Shown: piece after piece, positions 1-9,762 of the stretch | How positions within the stretch are numbered: the first letter of the stretch is position 1 | Layout of the letters: the number at the start of each line of letters is the position of its first letter | DNA from: Candidatus Atelocyanobacterium thalassae | GTDB lineage: Bacteria > Cyanobacteriota > Cyanobacteriia > Cyanobacteriales > Microcystaceae | DNA: 64,000 bases | Assembly (NCBI GenBank): GCA_051971635.1 | Contig: JBFPLN010000003.1 | Location: 512,001-576,000, forward strand | Direction: 5' to 3' | The notes under the pieces: model-generated | What the model was told of the DNA's origin: nothing | Seen by the model: the letters and a program-made list of their open reading frames with translations, nothing else | Databases searched by the model: none | Translations under genes and position numbers: made by a program

Positions 1-2
1 GC

Positions 3-170
3 CAAGTTTGGATTGCTGCTCCTATTCAATATTGGTCAATTTTTCACAATAATACAACGTCTATTTTTTTAGGTCTTGTAGGCCTTATAGGATTGTTAGT
101 ATATATTATGTATTTCATATACTTTTTATTAATTAGATTAAGGAAACAAGGAAGATTAGCGTTGGAATAA
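3..170 (+). CDS. 3' end of a membrane protein, probably DUF3177 family (partial, runs off window start)
   Basis: Open frame from 3 to TAA at 168-170: QVWIAAPIQYWSIFH...LGLVGLIGLLVYIMYFIYFLLIRLRKQGRLALE*. The TM helix plus RLxKQGRxA tail resembles cyanobacterial DUF3177 C-termini. Confidence 0.6.
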   Translation, partial: QVWIAAPIQYWSIFHNNTTSIFLGLVGLIGLLVYIMYFIYFLLIRLRKQGRLALE

Positions 171-288
171 TAAATAATTTTCAATGTGTAATATGTTCTT
201 TAAACCTTTAAAGAAAAACTTAGCTCTTGTAATTTACCAAGTGCTAACAAAAATGAATTCTAAAGATTTTACTATGATATATTCTTAG

Positions 289-627
289 TTATCGCCTTGG
301 ATCAGATGCTTCAATAAGAAAATGACTGCCATTTTTTTGATAAACTAAGACTTGCTCATTTTTTACTAGAGAATTGCCGGAATAATAAAATCTTAATTCA
401 CTACTATCAGGTAATTCAATAAATAAAATACTCCCTTCTTCACTAGAAACAACTTTAGTAACTCTCCCTACTTGGTAAGAAGATTTATTAAAACTATTCT
501 TCGTTTTATAAGTTATTTCATTTATGTTATGGTCTGCATATCCTTTATCTATCTGTTGAGCAATTACTGTCATAGTAATAAAAAATTGGGAAGTAATTGA
601 TATTATCCAAACCAGTAACCAATCCAT
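289..627 (-). CDS. Hypothetical exported protein, 112 aa
   Basis: ORF with a hydrophobic N-terminus ending VIA-QQ (signal peptide-like) and a beta-rich C-terminal half. Confidence 0.6.
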   Translation of the reverse strand: MDWLLVWIISITSQFFITMTVIAQQIDKGYADHNINEITYKTKNSFNKSSYQVGRVTKVVSSEEGSILFIELPDSSELRFYYSGNSLVKNEQVLVYQKNGSHFLIEASDPRR

Positions 628-701
628 TCAATAGTCCTCAACAGTATACTAATTTTTCAGTACTATATTTATTTTTTGCTTTGCTATTAATATTTGTTAA
701 G

Positions 702-747
702 TAATTTATTAGTACTAGTTATTAAGATAACTAGTACTAATAAATTA
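702..747. repeat. Perfect 21-bp inverted repeat (hairpin)
   Basis: taatttattagtactagttat (702-722) / taag loop / ataactagtactaataaatta (727-747). Confidence 0.85.
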
Positions 748-944
748 GTAAAGTCTACAGTTTTAGATATATTTATAAAGCATGATTAATAAATGTAGCA
801 GTATAAATAAATATATATATTAAATTACTATATGATTTTTTTATTAGCAGAAATAAAAATCAATTAGTAAGACATACCACTATCAATAATCATTAGTTTT
901 TATAAGTTTAAGTTGTGAGATATTATACCTATTAGTACTATTTT

Positions 945-1484
945 TTACTGAATAATCCACAATAGAGATCTGCCTGCATCCCTTACGAGTTTGTTCAAAG
1001 TTTCTGAAGGTATATTAGAGGGTACAGGGAATGGTTTTGATATGATTCCTTGAGTACCAAATATAATTTCTCCTATAATTTTGGCACGATTAATATGATT
1101 ATTTGATGTGATTAGGTAAATACCTTTAGTTTTCTGAATCTGTAACTTCTTAATCAAGCTTACAAAATTAGTAACAGTATCTTTTGCTCTATAGTCTAAA
1201 TAAAGTCTGTTGTTACTAATTCCTGCATTCATAAAAATTTTAGTTATATATATTTGGGGTCCACCTGAGGATACCAAGAGAGACGATCTTGTATATTTAA
1301 GAGCTAACTTTGCAGCGAAACGCTCTCTTTCTTCATGTCCACCTAATATAAATAAAACTTTAGGTTGAATAAAATAGTTTTTTAGCTGTTTATCACCAGA
1401 TATTAAACTTATGATTAATAAAAACATAGGAATAAGAGTTTTTATCCTTATATTCGATTTAATGAAAAAATTGTTAAAAGACAT
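945..1484 (-). CDS. YdcF/DUF218 family protein
   Basis: ILGGHEERERFAA, VSSG, DYRAKDTVTNF, LITSNNHINRA and RDAGRSLLW motifs are typical of cyanobacterial DUF218 proteins. Confidence 0.8.
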   Translation of the reverse strand: MSFNNFFIKSNIRIKTLIPMFLLIISLISGDKQLKNYFIQPKVLFILGGHEERERFAAKLALKYTRSSLLVSSGGPQIYITKIFMNAGISNNRLYLDYRAKDTVTNFVSLIKKLQIQKTKGIYLITSNNHINRAKIIGEIIFGTQGIISKPFPVPSNIPSETLNKLVRDAGRSLLWIIQ

Positions 1485-1592
1485 AAGTCATATATTTTTT
1501 ATTCAGCATTATTAAAGTGTTACTATTATTTTGTTTAAGATGTTAATCTAAGATAAATAAAAAATTAATTATTTATTTATAAGAAATATTTA

Positions 1593-2660
1593 ATGATGAG
1601 TAAAATTGTTGTAGGTTTATCAGGTGGGGTAGATAGTTCAGTAGCTGCTGCGAGCTTGTGTAATCAAAATTATGAAGTTTCTGGTTTAACTCTATGGCTA
1701 ATGAAAGGAAAAGGTCAATGCTGTTCAGAAGGAATGGTAGATGCAGCGTATATATGCGAACAATTAAACATTCCTCACTATATCGTAGATGCTAAAGAAT
1801 TATTCAAGAAGAACATCGTAGATTATCTAGTATCAGGGTATAGATCTGGAATAACTCCTTTGCCCTGTTCTCAGTGTAACCGCTCTGTAAAATTTAAGCC
1901 GATGTTGGACTATGCTGAACAAGAACTAAATTGTAATTTAATTGCTACAGGCCATTATGCTCGTGTACGTTTTGATAAAAAGACTGAAAAATATCATTTA
2001 CTAAGAGCAATAGATCGGAGTAAAGATCAATCTTATTTCTTATATGATCTTCCTCAAAGTATTTTAGCTAAAACAATTTTCCCATTAGGAGAGCAAACTA
2101 AAGAGAAGACCCGTCGTATGGCTACTGAGTTCAAACTCAAAACTGCAAACAAACCAGAAAGCCAAGACTTATGTCTTATAGAATCCTATGGTTCTATGGC
2201 ATCTTTTTTAGAAAAATATATTAAACCTCAAACTGGAGATATCGTTGATCTAGATGGTAAAGTTTTAGGTAATCATAAAGGTATTCACAACTATACTGTT
2301 GGACAAAGAAAGGGACTTGGGATATCAGCGTCAGAACCTTTATATGTGTTGAAATTAAATTTTCATGATAACCAAGTAGTTGTGGGAAAGCGTTCTGATG
2401 GCTTCCATTCCAGTTGTATTATTAAAGACGTAAACTGGATTTCCATGTTTGAGCCGAATACTCCTATGAAGGTAGAAGTTCAAGTTAGGTATCGTTCTCT
2501 TGCTATTTATGCGACTATAATACCTATGCAAAATAATCGTTATAAATTAGTCTTTGAAGAACCACAGTTTGGCGTCACAGCTGGACAAGCAGCTGTTTTA
2601 TACGATGGTGATATTGTCTTAGCTGGAGGAATAATCGAAAAGCAAGAAATCCTATTCTAG
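1593..2660 (+). CDS. mnmA: tRNA-specific 2-thiouridylase MnmA
   Basis: [12 protein letters not shown]-loop, PCSQCN, ATGHYAR, KDQSYFL, ESQDLC and GQAAVLY motifs. Confidence 0.97.
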   Translation: MMSKIVVGLSGGVDSSVAAASLCNQNYEVSGLTLWLMKGKGQCCSEGMVDAAYICEQLNIPHYIVDAKELFKKNIVDYLVSGYRSGITPLPCSQCNRSVKFKPMLDYAEQELNCNLIATGHYARVRFDKKTEKYHLLRAIDRSKDQSYFLYDLPQSILAKTIFPLGEQTKEKTRRMATEFKLKTANKPESQDLCLIESYGSMASFLEKYIKPQTGDIVDLDGKVLGNHKGIHNYTVGQRKGLGISASEPLYVLKLNFHDNQVVVGKRSDGFHSSCIIKDVNWISMFEPNTPMKVEVQVRYRSLAIYATIIPMQNNRYKLVFEEPQFGVTAGQAAVLYDGDIVLAGGIIEKQEILF

Positions 2661-2829
2661 CCTTGTAATATTAAAATATTTATCAAGAATACAATCTATA
2701 ATTTAATTATTAAATTGCAAATATTTTAACAATTAATATTTTTTGTAATATCTGTACTGACTTTGTATAAAAATGTACCGTATCAATACATTTTACTAAA
2801 ATAATGTATTACAAATCTTATAGTTAATT

Positions 2830-2848
2830 AGGTGGGCATTACCCACCT
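2830..2848. terminator. GC-rich hairpin between convergent mnmA and ndhB (REP-like relic)
   Basis: aggtggg-catta-cccacct stem-loop about 30 nt past the ndhB stop. Confidence 0.65.
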
Positions 2849-2879
2849 TACTATTACTAATCTCATTAAAGCTATAGTT

Positions 2880-4442
2880 TCAATCTACAGAGATAACTAA
2901 TGCTTCTGTTTGAGAAACATGAATATTATCAACACTTGCTTGTAAAATAGGAGTACTTAGTACTGAATCATAAGCTAGAGTTATCAAAGGATTAGATAAG
3001 ATTCCTATCAAAGAAGTTGCCACTACGGACAGAACCAGGCCAACTTGTAAAGGTCTCATCCCTGATAAATTCCATCTAACTTTAGGATAGTTCTTAACAG
3101 CATCAGACATTTCACTTTCTTCTTTGACGACCATCATTTTTACTACACGAATGTAATAGTAAATAGATATAACACTAGTAACTAATGCTAATAAAACCAA
3201 ACCATAAAGTTCAGATTGCCAGCCGGCCCAAAAAAGATAAATCTTGCCGAAAAATCCTGCTAGTGGAGGTATACCACCGAGAGAGAGTAAAGATATACTA
3301 AGACATAAAGTTAGCAAAGGATCTTTTTGATATAACCCTGAATAATCACTAATTTTATCTGTCCCAGTTTGAAGAGAGAAAAGAATTACTCCACTAAAAG
3401 CTCCTAAGTTCATAAATAGGTATACTAGCAAGTAAAAAAGCATACTAGAGTATCCAGTATCTGTTCCTGCAATCAAACCTATCATGACAAATCCTGCTTG
3501 AGCAATTGAAGAATAAGCTAACATTCTTTTCATACTTGTTTGAGCTAAAGCTACTATATTCCCTAGTATCATGCTCATAATAGCTAAAGCAGTGAAAATT
3601 AAATGCCATTCATCTACTATAGAAGAAAAAGCAGTTACTAATAAGCGAATAGCTAAAGCAAAACCAGCTGTTTTAGATCCTACAGAAAGGAAAGCAACTA
3701 CTGGTGTAGGTGACCCTTCATAGACATCTGGTGTCCACTGGTGAAAAGGAACTGCAGATATTTTAAACGCAATACCAGCAATCATAAATACTAAAGCAAC
3801 GGCTAATTCTAAAGAAGAACTATGACTGCTATTTATAATGTTGCTTGATATAGAGCTAAGAATTGTTTCTCCTCCTGATATTCCATAGAGAAGTGAAGCC
3901 CCATAAAGAAAAATAGCTGTACTAGAAGCTCCTATCAAGAGATATTTTAAAGCTGCCTCATTAGATCGAGGATCCCGTTTCATATATCCTGTCATTAAAT
4001 ATGAAGAAATACTTAGCATCTCCATAGAAATAAAAATCATTACTAATTCGTTAGCACCACAGAGGAACATAGCTCCAAGTGTAGCTGCTAACATTATGAC
4101 AATAAATTCTGCCAAAGGTGTTCCTGTCTGTTCTACATATCGAATAGACATAGAAATAGTAATAATTGTAGATAGAGTAATAATTACTCTAAAAATAATA
4201 CTTAAATGATCCCCATTAAAACCTCCTAAAAAACTTATAGTAGAGGGGTTGTTCCAATTAATGCAAAGAGAAATTAGTGAAGCAAATAAGCCAATTATTG
4301 CTCCATAAGGAAGCCATGTTCTGGCGTTACGTCCTCCAATTAAATCTCCAACGAGAATCGAGATTAAAGTGATAATGACAATTCCTTCAGGAAGAATTGT
4401 TCCAGCATTGAGTTGGCTGGCAATATTGCTAGAAAAGTCCAT
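2880..4442 (-). CDS. ndhB: NAD(P)H-quinone oxidoreductase (NDH-1) subunit 2 (NdhB/NuoN)
   Basis: [53 protein letters not shown] and [11 protein letters not shown]. Confidence 0.97.
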   Translation of the reverse strand: MDFSSNIASQLNAGTILPEGIVIITLISILVGDLIGGRNARTWLPYGAIIGLFASLISLCINWNNPSTISFLGGFNGDHLSIIFRVIITLSTIITISMSIRYVEQTGTPLAEFIVIMLAATLGAMFLCGANELVMIFISMEMLSISSYLMTGYMKRDPRSNEAALKYLLIGASSTAIFLYGASLLYGISGGETILSSISSNIINSSHSSSLELAVALVFMIAGIAFKISAVPFHQWTPDVYEGSPTPVVAFLSVGSKTAGFALAIRLLVTAFSSIVDEWHLIFTALAIMSMILGNIVALAQTSMKRMLAYSSIAQAGFVMIGLIAGTDTGYSSMLFYLLVYLFMNLGAFSGVILFSLQTGTDKISDYSGLYQKDPLLTLCLSISLLSLGGIPPLAGFFGKIYLFWAGWQSELYGLVLLALVTSVISIYYYIRVVKMMVVKEESEMSDAVKNYPKVRWNLSGMRPLQVGLVLSVVATSLIGILSNPLITLAYDSVLSTPILQASVDNIHVSQTEALVISVD

Positions 4443-4679
4443 AAGTTAGTTAGTAACAGAGGTTCGTAAAAGATACCTAAGCTATTAAACTTGAGATATC
4501 TGTATTTGATGAGATAAACGTCCTTCTGCAATCATAAGATATAGAGGTAAAATCATGCTAGTTTTTATACTAGTAATCACACCTCAAAACAATTATTTCA
4601 ATATTATTATCATTACTTCTTGTTCAAAATTACTTACTTTTTTATTGATAGCTCTTGATTTTATGTGTTGTTAAAATAT

Positions 4680-5222
4680 TTATCTTATACAAAGATAACA
4701 TTTTGACCATCTCTCTAATTCGTGCAAAGAGGCTGGACGCTGACATTGTGGACAAACTGAAAAAGATGTTAATTGATTTTTAACGGTCATAGTCCATTTT
4801 TCAAAAGCTGATTGAGGGGTTTGACTTTCTTTTATATAAATCTTAGAGGCGGATGAATACGAGTTACTGTAAGAGAAAAAACTTATTTTTTCTTTCTCAT
4901 GTAGGTTAATATTTACTTGATTCTTCCCAGACCATTTAGCTGAGGAGAAATGAAGCTTAGTTATTGAAGTATATAATAACTGCTGATTAATTTTTTTAAG
5001 TAAAGAACATTTCTGAAACGATAACTCTTGAGACCATCCTGTGCTTGAAGTTGCAATATAAACAATATCTTGATTAATAGATAATACGTTTGTATTGATT
5101 AAAATGTTATGTGTAACTATATTTTTCCATATACTACATATCTCTACATATTGATGGTAATAGGTCCAATGCTTTTTTTTCGTTAGTAATGCTAGTGGTT
5201 TATCGAGTGAGGTAAATGCCAT
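4680..5222 (-). CDS. DUF721 / DciA family helicase-loader-like protein with C-terminal Zn ribbon
   Basis: W..IV...I..NT, IATSSTGWSQELSFQK..LLKKIN, and C-terminal CPQC...ELERWSKCYLC as in cyanobacterial DUF721 proteins. Confidence 0.8.
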   Translation of the reverse strand: MAFTSLDKPLALLTKKKHWTYYHQYVEICSIWKNIVTHNILINTNVLSINQDIVYIATSSTGWSQELSFQKCSLLKKINQQLLYTSITKLHFSSAKWSGKNQVNINLHEKEKISFFSYSNSYSSASKIYIKESQTPQSAFEKWTMTVKNQLTSFSVCPQCQRPASLHELERWSKCYLCIR

Positions 5223-5477
5223 TTAAAAAAGTGGTAAATATAAAGTTTTGTTTTAGTTTGTTTTTTTAGAAAAGATAAATTAATAATTGTTAAGTGTATA
5301 GGTAGATAAATATATGGATAATATGTTCATATTTTTATTAGCAGTTTCTTAAAGTCATATAAGATCTGCTAATAAGATCACAACACATCCATTATAGAAA
5401 TGAATTTATGATATGAATAAATTACTTGATTCTGCTTATTAATATAGATATTTTATTCAAATTATTATTGTTACCAT

Positions 5478-6641
5478 ATGATGCAGATTTATCTCGACTA
5501 TAGTGCTACAACTCCTCCTCGATCAGAAGTTATTAATTGTGTTGATCAAGTTCTTTCATACAATTGGGGTAACCCTTCCAGCATACATCAATGGGGAAAG
5601 AAAGCTTCTATGATTCTGGAAACGGCAAGAGTAAAGATAGCTAATTCAATTAAAGCTAGTAATTTAGAATCAATTGTTTTTACATCAGGAGGAACTGAAG
5701 CTAATAATCTAGCCATTTTAGGTATTGCTAAGCAATGTAAGAAAAGACAACATATTATTATTTCTAGTGTTGAGCATTCATCAATTAACAAACCTATAAA
5801 GTTTCTAGAAGCTAATGGATGGGAAATAACTCGATTACCTGTGAATTACCAAGGTAGAATTAATCCCCTCGATTTAAAGGCTGCTATTAAGGAAAATACT
5901 GTTCTTATTTCTATAATTTATGGACAAAGTGAAGTAGGAACAATACAGCCTATTCGAGAACTATGCCAAATTGCAAAAAGTTATGATATTCTTTTTCATA
6001 CAGATGCAGCACAAGCAATTGGTAAATTGGCTATTAGCGTTCAAGATTTAAACATTGATTTATTATCTTTTTCAGCTCACAAAATTTATGGAATTCAAGG
6101 AGTAGGAGCTTTATATATACGTCCAGGAATTAAAGTTCATCCCTTACTTTATGGAGGAGGACAAGAACAAGGGATACGTTCTGGAACTCAGGCTTTAGCG
6201 ACTATTGCCGGTTTTGGAGTTGCTACAGAATTAATATGTAAGGAGATAGTTGAAGAAAGTAATAGATTAATACAATTACGAAATCAATTATTTAAATATA
6301 TGTCTGATTGTCCTTATTTAATAGTTAGTGGACACCAAAAATATCGTCTTCCTCATCATGTCAGTTTCATTTTTTCAGATTTATTAAACAAACAAAAGAC
6401 AATAAAGGTTACTGGTCAAACTATAGTTCGTCATATGAACTTAGCAGGTATTGGTATTAGTGCTGGTTCAGCTTGTCATAGTGGTAAATTGGTTCCCAGT
6501 CCAATACTATTAGCTATGGGATATTCTGCAAGTGATGCAATAAGTGGAATTCGTTTAACTTTAGGTAAGAAAACTACTCAAAATGATATTGTATGGACAG
6601 CTACTGTTTTAAAACAGATTTTAAACCGTTTATTTTCATAG
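5478..6641 (+). CDS. iscS: Cysteine desulfurase (IscS/NifS family, class V PLP enzyme)
   Basis: IYLDYSATT, GNPSS, FTSGGTEANN, FHTDAAQ, SAHKIYG and catalytic SAGSACHSG. Confidence 0.9.
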   Translation: MMQIYLDYSATTPPRSEVINCVDQVLSYNWGNPSSIHQWGKKASMILETARVKIANSIKASNLESIVFTSGGTEANNLAILGIAKQCKKRQHIIISSVEHSSINKPIKFLEANGWEITRLPVNYQGRINPLDLKAAIKENTVLISIIYGQSEVGTIQPIRELCQIAKSYDILFHTDAAQAIGKLAISVQDLNIDLLSFSAHKIYGIQGVGALYIRPGIKVHPLLYGGGQEQGIRSGTQALATIAGFGVATELICKEIVEESNRLIQLRNQLFKYMSDCPYLIVSGHQKYRLPHHVSFIFSDLLNKQKTIKVTGQTIVRHMNLAGIGISAGSACHSGKLVPSPILLAMGYSASDAISGIRLTLGKKTTQNDIVWTATVLKQILNRLFS

Positions 6642-8042
6642 TCTATGCTGTTCATCTTCTCCTCCAATAGTAATGTTATTGATACGTAAACTTGGTCCAC
6701 CACAGCCTACGGCCAAACCATTTTGGCCTTCTTTAGAACATCCTCCTGATTCATCCCAATAAAAATCATTACCAATTGCCTCAATATTTTTTAATGTCTT
6801 AAATGTATTTCCCGATAATGTAACATCTCTAATTGGTTCCGCGATTTGACCATTTCTTATCATCCAAGCTTCTCCTGCCCTAAAAGTATATATCTCCCCA
6901 TTCGTCATCCCTCCTAGCCAATTTTTTGCATAGATTCCTTTGTTGATGCCATCAAATAAATTTTTAACTGGAGTTTTTCCTCGTTCAATCCAAGTATTAG
7001 TCATCCGAACTAAAGGAGGATAATAATAGTTCAAACAGCGCGCATTACCGGTAGGACGTTCATCGAGTTTTCCAGCAGTTTCACGAGAATGAAGTCTACC
7101 AACTACCAAACCATCTTCGATAAGTTGAGTAGTTGTAGCTGGAACTCCTTCATCGTCATAAAAATAACTTCCTCTATGTCCTTGAGGAGCTGCCCCATCA
7201 AAAATTTGCAATATTTTAGGTCCGAATTTTCTTCCTAAACTAATTACTTCTGAAAGATTTGGATTTTTACAAAACATATCAGCTTCCGAAAAATGTCCAA
7301 AAGCTTCATGAACAAATAATCCTGTTAAAACTGGATCTATTACTACTGTATAACGACCACTTTTTACTGTTGGCATAGTTAAAGCATTAACAGCTCTTAC
7401 TGCTGCACCTCGTACCTTTTTATCTAGTTTGGTTAATTTATCATAACCTTCTCTAGAGCCAGTAGTTTCTCGCCCAATTTTTACGCTCTCACCATTTTGT
7501 GCAATTGCAGAAAACCTCATTTCAAGATCGATCCAGGATTGATCAATCATCATTCCCTCAGATGTTACTATTATTACATGATGAGAACTATCAACATAAC
7601 TAACTAAAGTAGTAGTAATTCGATGACTTACACTTTGTAAAATATCGTTATATTTGTGACATAGTTCTTTCTTTTCCGATAAGCTAACTTTAAATGGATT
7701 ACGACTAGTTAAGGGAAGTTCACACGTAGTTTGAATAGGTATAACAGGTGCGAGAATAGTCTTACTTATTCCTACTACAATAGCTGCATTAATTGCTTTT
7801 TCTATACTTTGAAGTAATTGAGAAAATGAATTAAAAGAAGCGAAACCCCATCCTCCTTTATGACAAGCACGCACTTGTCCTCCTCTTGAAATAGTACTGC
7901 TAAAACTTTCTGCTATATTTGTTCTTAATTGAATATTAGTTCCTTCATAGGCTTCAATCCTAATAGCCAAATGATCAACACGATGGCGATTCTTAGCTAT
8001 TAGATCATAAAGTATGTTTTTATAGCTGTTAATATTATTCAT
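6636..8042 (-). CDS. tldD: TldD/PmbA family metalloprotease
   Basis: FVHEAFGH metal site, YDDEG, TGNAR, RMTNT and GGCSKEGQ...GGP. Confidence 0.88.
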   Translation of the reverse strand: MNNINSYKNILYDLIAKNRHRVDHLAIRIEAYEGTNIQLRTNIAESFSSTISRGGQVRACHKGGWGFASFNSFSQLLQSIEKAINAAIVVGISKTILAPVIPIQTTCELPLTSRNPFKVSLSEKKELCHKYNDILQSVSHRITTTLVSYVDSSHHVIIVTSEGMMIDQSWIDLEMRFSAIAQNGESVKIGRETTGSREGYDKLTKLDKKVRGAAVRAVNALTMPTVKSGRYTVVIDPVLTGLFVHEAFGHFSEADMFCKNPNLSEVISLGRKFGPKILQIFDGAAPQGHRGSYFYDDEGVPATTTQLIEDGLVVGRLHSRETAGKLDERPTGNARCLNYYYPPLVRMTNTWIERGKTPVKNLFDGINKGIYAKNWLGGMTNGEIYTFRAGEAWMIRNGQIAEPIRDVTLSGNTFKTLKNIEAIGNDFYWDESGGCSKEGQNGLAVGCGGPSLRINNITIGGEDEQHRL

Positions 8043-8075
8043 AATTAAAAAACTTCCCTAGCTATTAGAGTTATC

Positions 8076-8102
8076 TGATAATAACTGACTTAGTTATTAT
8101 CA
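8076..8102. terminator. 11-bp perfect hairpin between the anti-sigma gene and tldD
   Basis: tgataataact-gactt-agttattatca. Confidence 0.5.
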
Positions 8103-8288
8103 TTATCTTGTCTGTTAAAAATACTATTAATAACTACATGAGTAAGATGATACCTTTAGCTATATTTTAACTATGAGATCATGATGTGAGTTAAAAGCTA
8201 CTTTGATATTAGAAATTAAGTCACCTTTTAAAATATGCAAATATCTGTAACAGTTATAATTACATAATGTTAGGTGATAAAGTTTTTA

Positions 8289-8747
8289 CTATCTAATTCT
8301 GTTTGGTATTTCTAATACAGGCCGATTTAGAGCAATTGTCAAAGCCTGGTTATCATTTTTTTGAACATAACGACGAAGTGCAAACCCGTCTTGTAACCAA
8401 ATGGTACCAAATATCATAACCATGGTACCTAGACTACCAAGGATTGTATTAAACTTTTTACGTTGTTGACAATCAATTTTATTAAAAATATCCTGAGATA
8501 AAACAGATTTAGATTTAATATTTATAGGCGTAGAGATAATACAGGTTTCTCTTTTAATTCGTAATAATGTTTTATATAATTTATTGAAATCTGGTTCAGT
8601 ATCTAACCAATATTCTATCGCCTTACTTTCTTGTGATGTAACTTCACCGTCGACATAGGCACTTAATAACTCAAAACGTTTAGAATCGTCTTTTACATTA
8701 CTACAATGATTTGTTGTAAACCTTTTCTTAAATTCAGAATTAGACAC
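8289..8747 (-). CDS. Transmembrane anti-sigma factor (SigG partner)
   Basis: RFELLSAYVDGEVT anti-sigma motif, one TM helix and a LTIALNRPVLEIP tail. GGAGG RBS precedes the GTG start, and the gene lies directly downstream of an ECF sigma factor. Confidence 0.85.
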   Translation of the reverse strand: MSNSEFKKRFTTNHCSNVKDDSKRFELLSAYVDGEVTSQESKAIEYWLDTEPDFNKLYKTLLRIKRETCIISTPINIKSKSVLSQDIFNKIDCQQRKKFNTILGSLGTMVMIFGTIWLQDGFALRRYVQKNDNQALTIALNRPVLEIPNRIR

Positions 8748-8863
8748 TGTAAATGACCTCCCTATATATAAACCAAGAACTTTGGTTGCAGAGACGGAAA
8801 TTAATGTTAGTAATCTTGCAATACTCCTTATTAGTAAAGAATAGAACTACAATAAAACTAAAA

Positions 8864-9517
8864 TTAATCAATATATTTTTGCAAAACAGTCTGAAGTTTT
8901 GCTCTAGCCCTCGCAATTCTCGACTTAACTGTTCCTAAAGAAACTTCTGTCATCTCTGCGATTTCTTCATATGCTAGTCCTTCTATTTCGCGAAGAACTA
9001 TCGCAACACGAAATGCTTCTGGTAAACCAGCAATTGCAGCTTGTAAGCGATCATAGAATTCACGAGTTGCAAGATTATCGTCAGGACTTGGGTAGTCTGA
9101 AACGATGTCCCATTCTATTTCTCCATCATCCACTCTCCTAGGTGCATCTAGAGACATGGGATGACGTACTCGTTTACGTTTCCGAAGTTCATCATAGAAT
9201 AAGTTTGTAGCAATACGACTCAACCATCCTCTAAACTTCACTGGTTCATTAAGCCGCTTCACATTTCTATAAACACGAATCCAAACCTCTTGAGCAAGAT
9301 CTGCACGATCTTGCCAATCAGGTGCCAAGTGATAAAGAACTCTATCAACATGAGATTGGTAACGGTTTAATAATTCGGTAAATGCTCCTCTATCAGGCTG
9401 AGCTCCTTTTTGACATAAGATAATAAGATCATAGTTGGAGAGCTTCTCTGGAGGCACTTTAGATTGGTACTTCTGCCATTGGCTGAACAGCCCAGGTGCC
9501 GAAATTGCTTGACTCAT
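8864..9517 (-). CDS. sigG: ECF (group 4) RNA polymerase sigma factor SigG/RpoE
   Basis: DLAQEVWIRVYR, FRGWLSRIATNLFYDELRKR and LAYEEIAEMT..SLGTVKSRIARAR. ATG at 9517; alternative TTG start at 9529. Confidence 0.9.
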   Translation of the reverse strand: MSQAISAPGLFSQWQKYQSKVPPEKLSNYDLIILCQKGAQPDRGAFTELLNRYQSHVDRVLYHLAPDWQDRADLAQEVWIRVYRNVKRLNEPVKFRGWLSRIATNLFYDELRKRKRVRHPMSLDAPRRVDDGEIEWDIVSDYPSPDDNLATREFYDRLQAAIAGLPEAFRVAIVLREIEGLAYEEIAEMTEVSLGTVKSRIARARAKLQTVLQKYID

Positions 9518-9762
9518 AAGTTTACCCAAGATATATCTTTTTATCTCTGATATTCCTCATACGGAGACGTAGATCAAAAAAAATAGTTCCTTGAATCTTA
9601 ATGTTTTAGGACATTCTAATCTTAGTTATTAATAATATAGAGAATAGTCTATTTTAGATACAATAATAATGCCGTAAATACCCAACAATTATTATTAATT
9701 TTTGCGTATTATTATTTTGTCTTTGAATAATTCTTTTAATATCTAAAGTAGAGAGCTAGATT

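Noticed and set aside
2765..2778. GTA-N8-TAC (NtcA-like) match GTATAAAAATGTAC
   Set aside because: It lies between two convergent 3' ends, and such matches are frequent by chance in AT-rich DNA.
5588..5791. 67-aa ORF antisense to iscS; likewise 17648-17869, 18256-18642, 21466-21675, 23852-24052, 24764-24976, 31153-31449, 32374-32700, 33001-33243, 34732-35652, 37398-37673, 43332-43565 and 46924-47112
   Set aside because: Shadow ORFs lying on the opposite strand of well-supported genes, with no recognisable motifs.
8753..8938. 61-aa + strand ORF between the anti-sigma gene and sigG
   Set aside because: It overlaps the sigG 3' end in antisense and covers the anti-sigma RBS region, with no motif.
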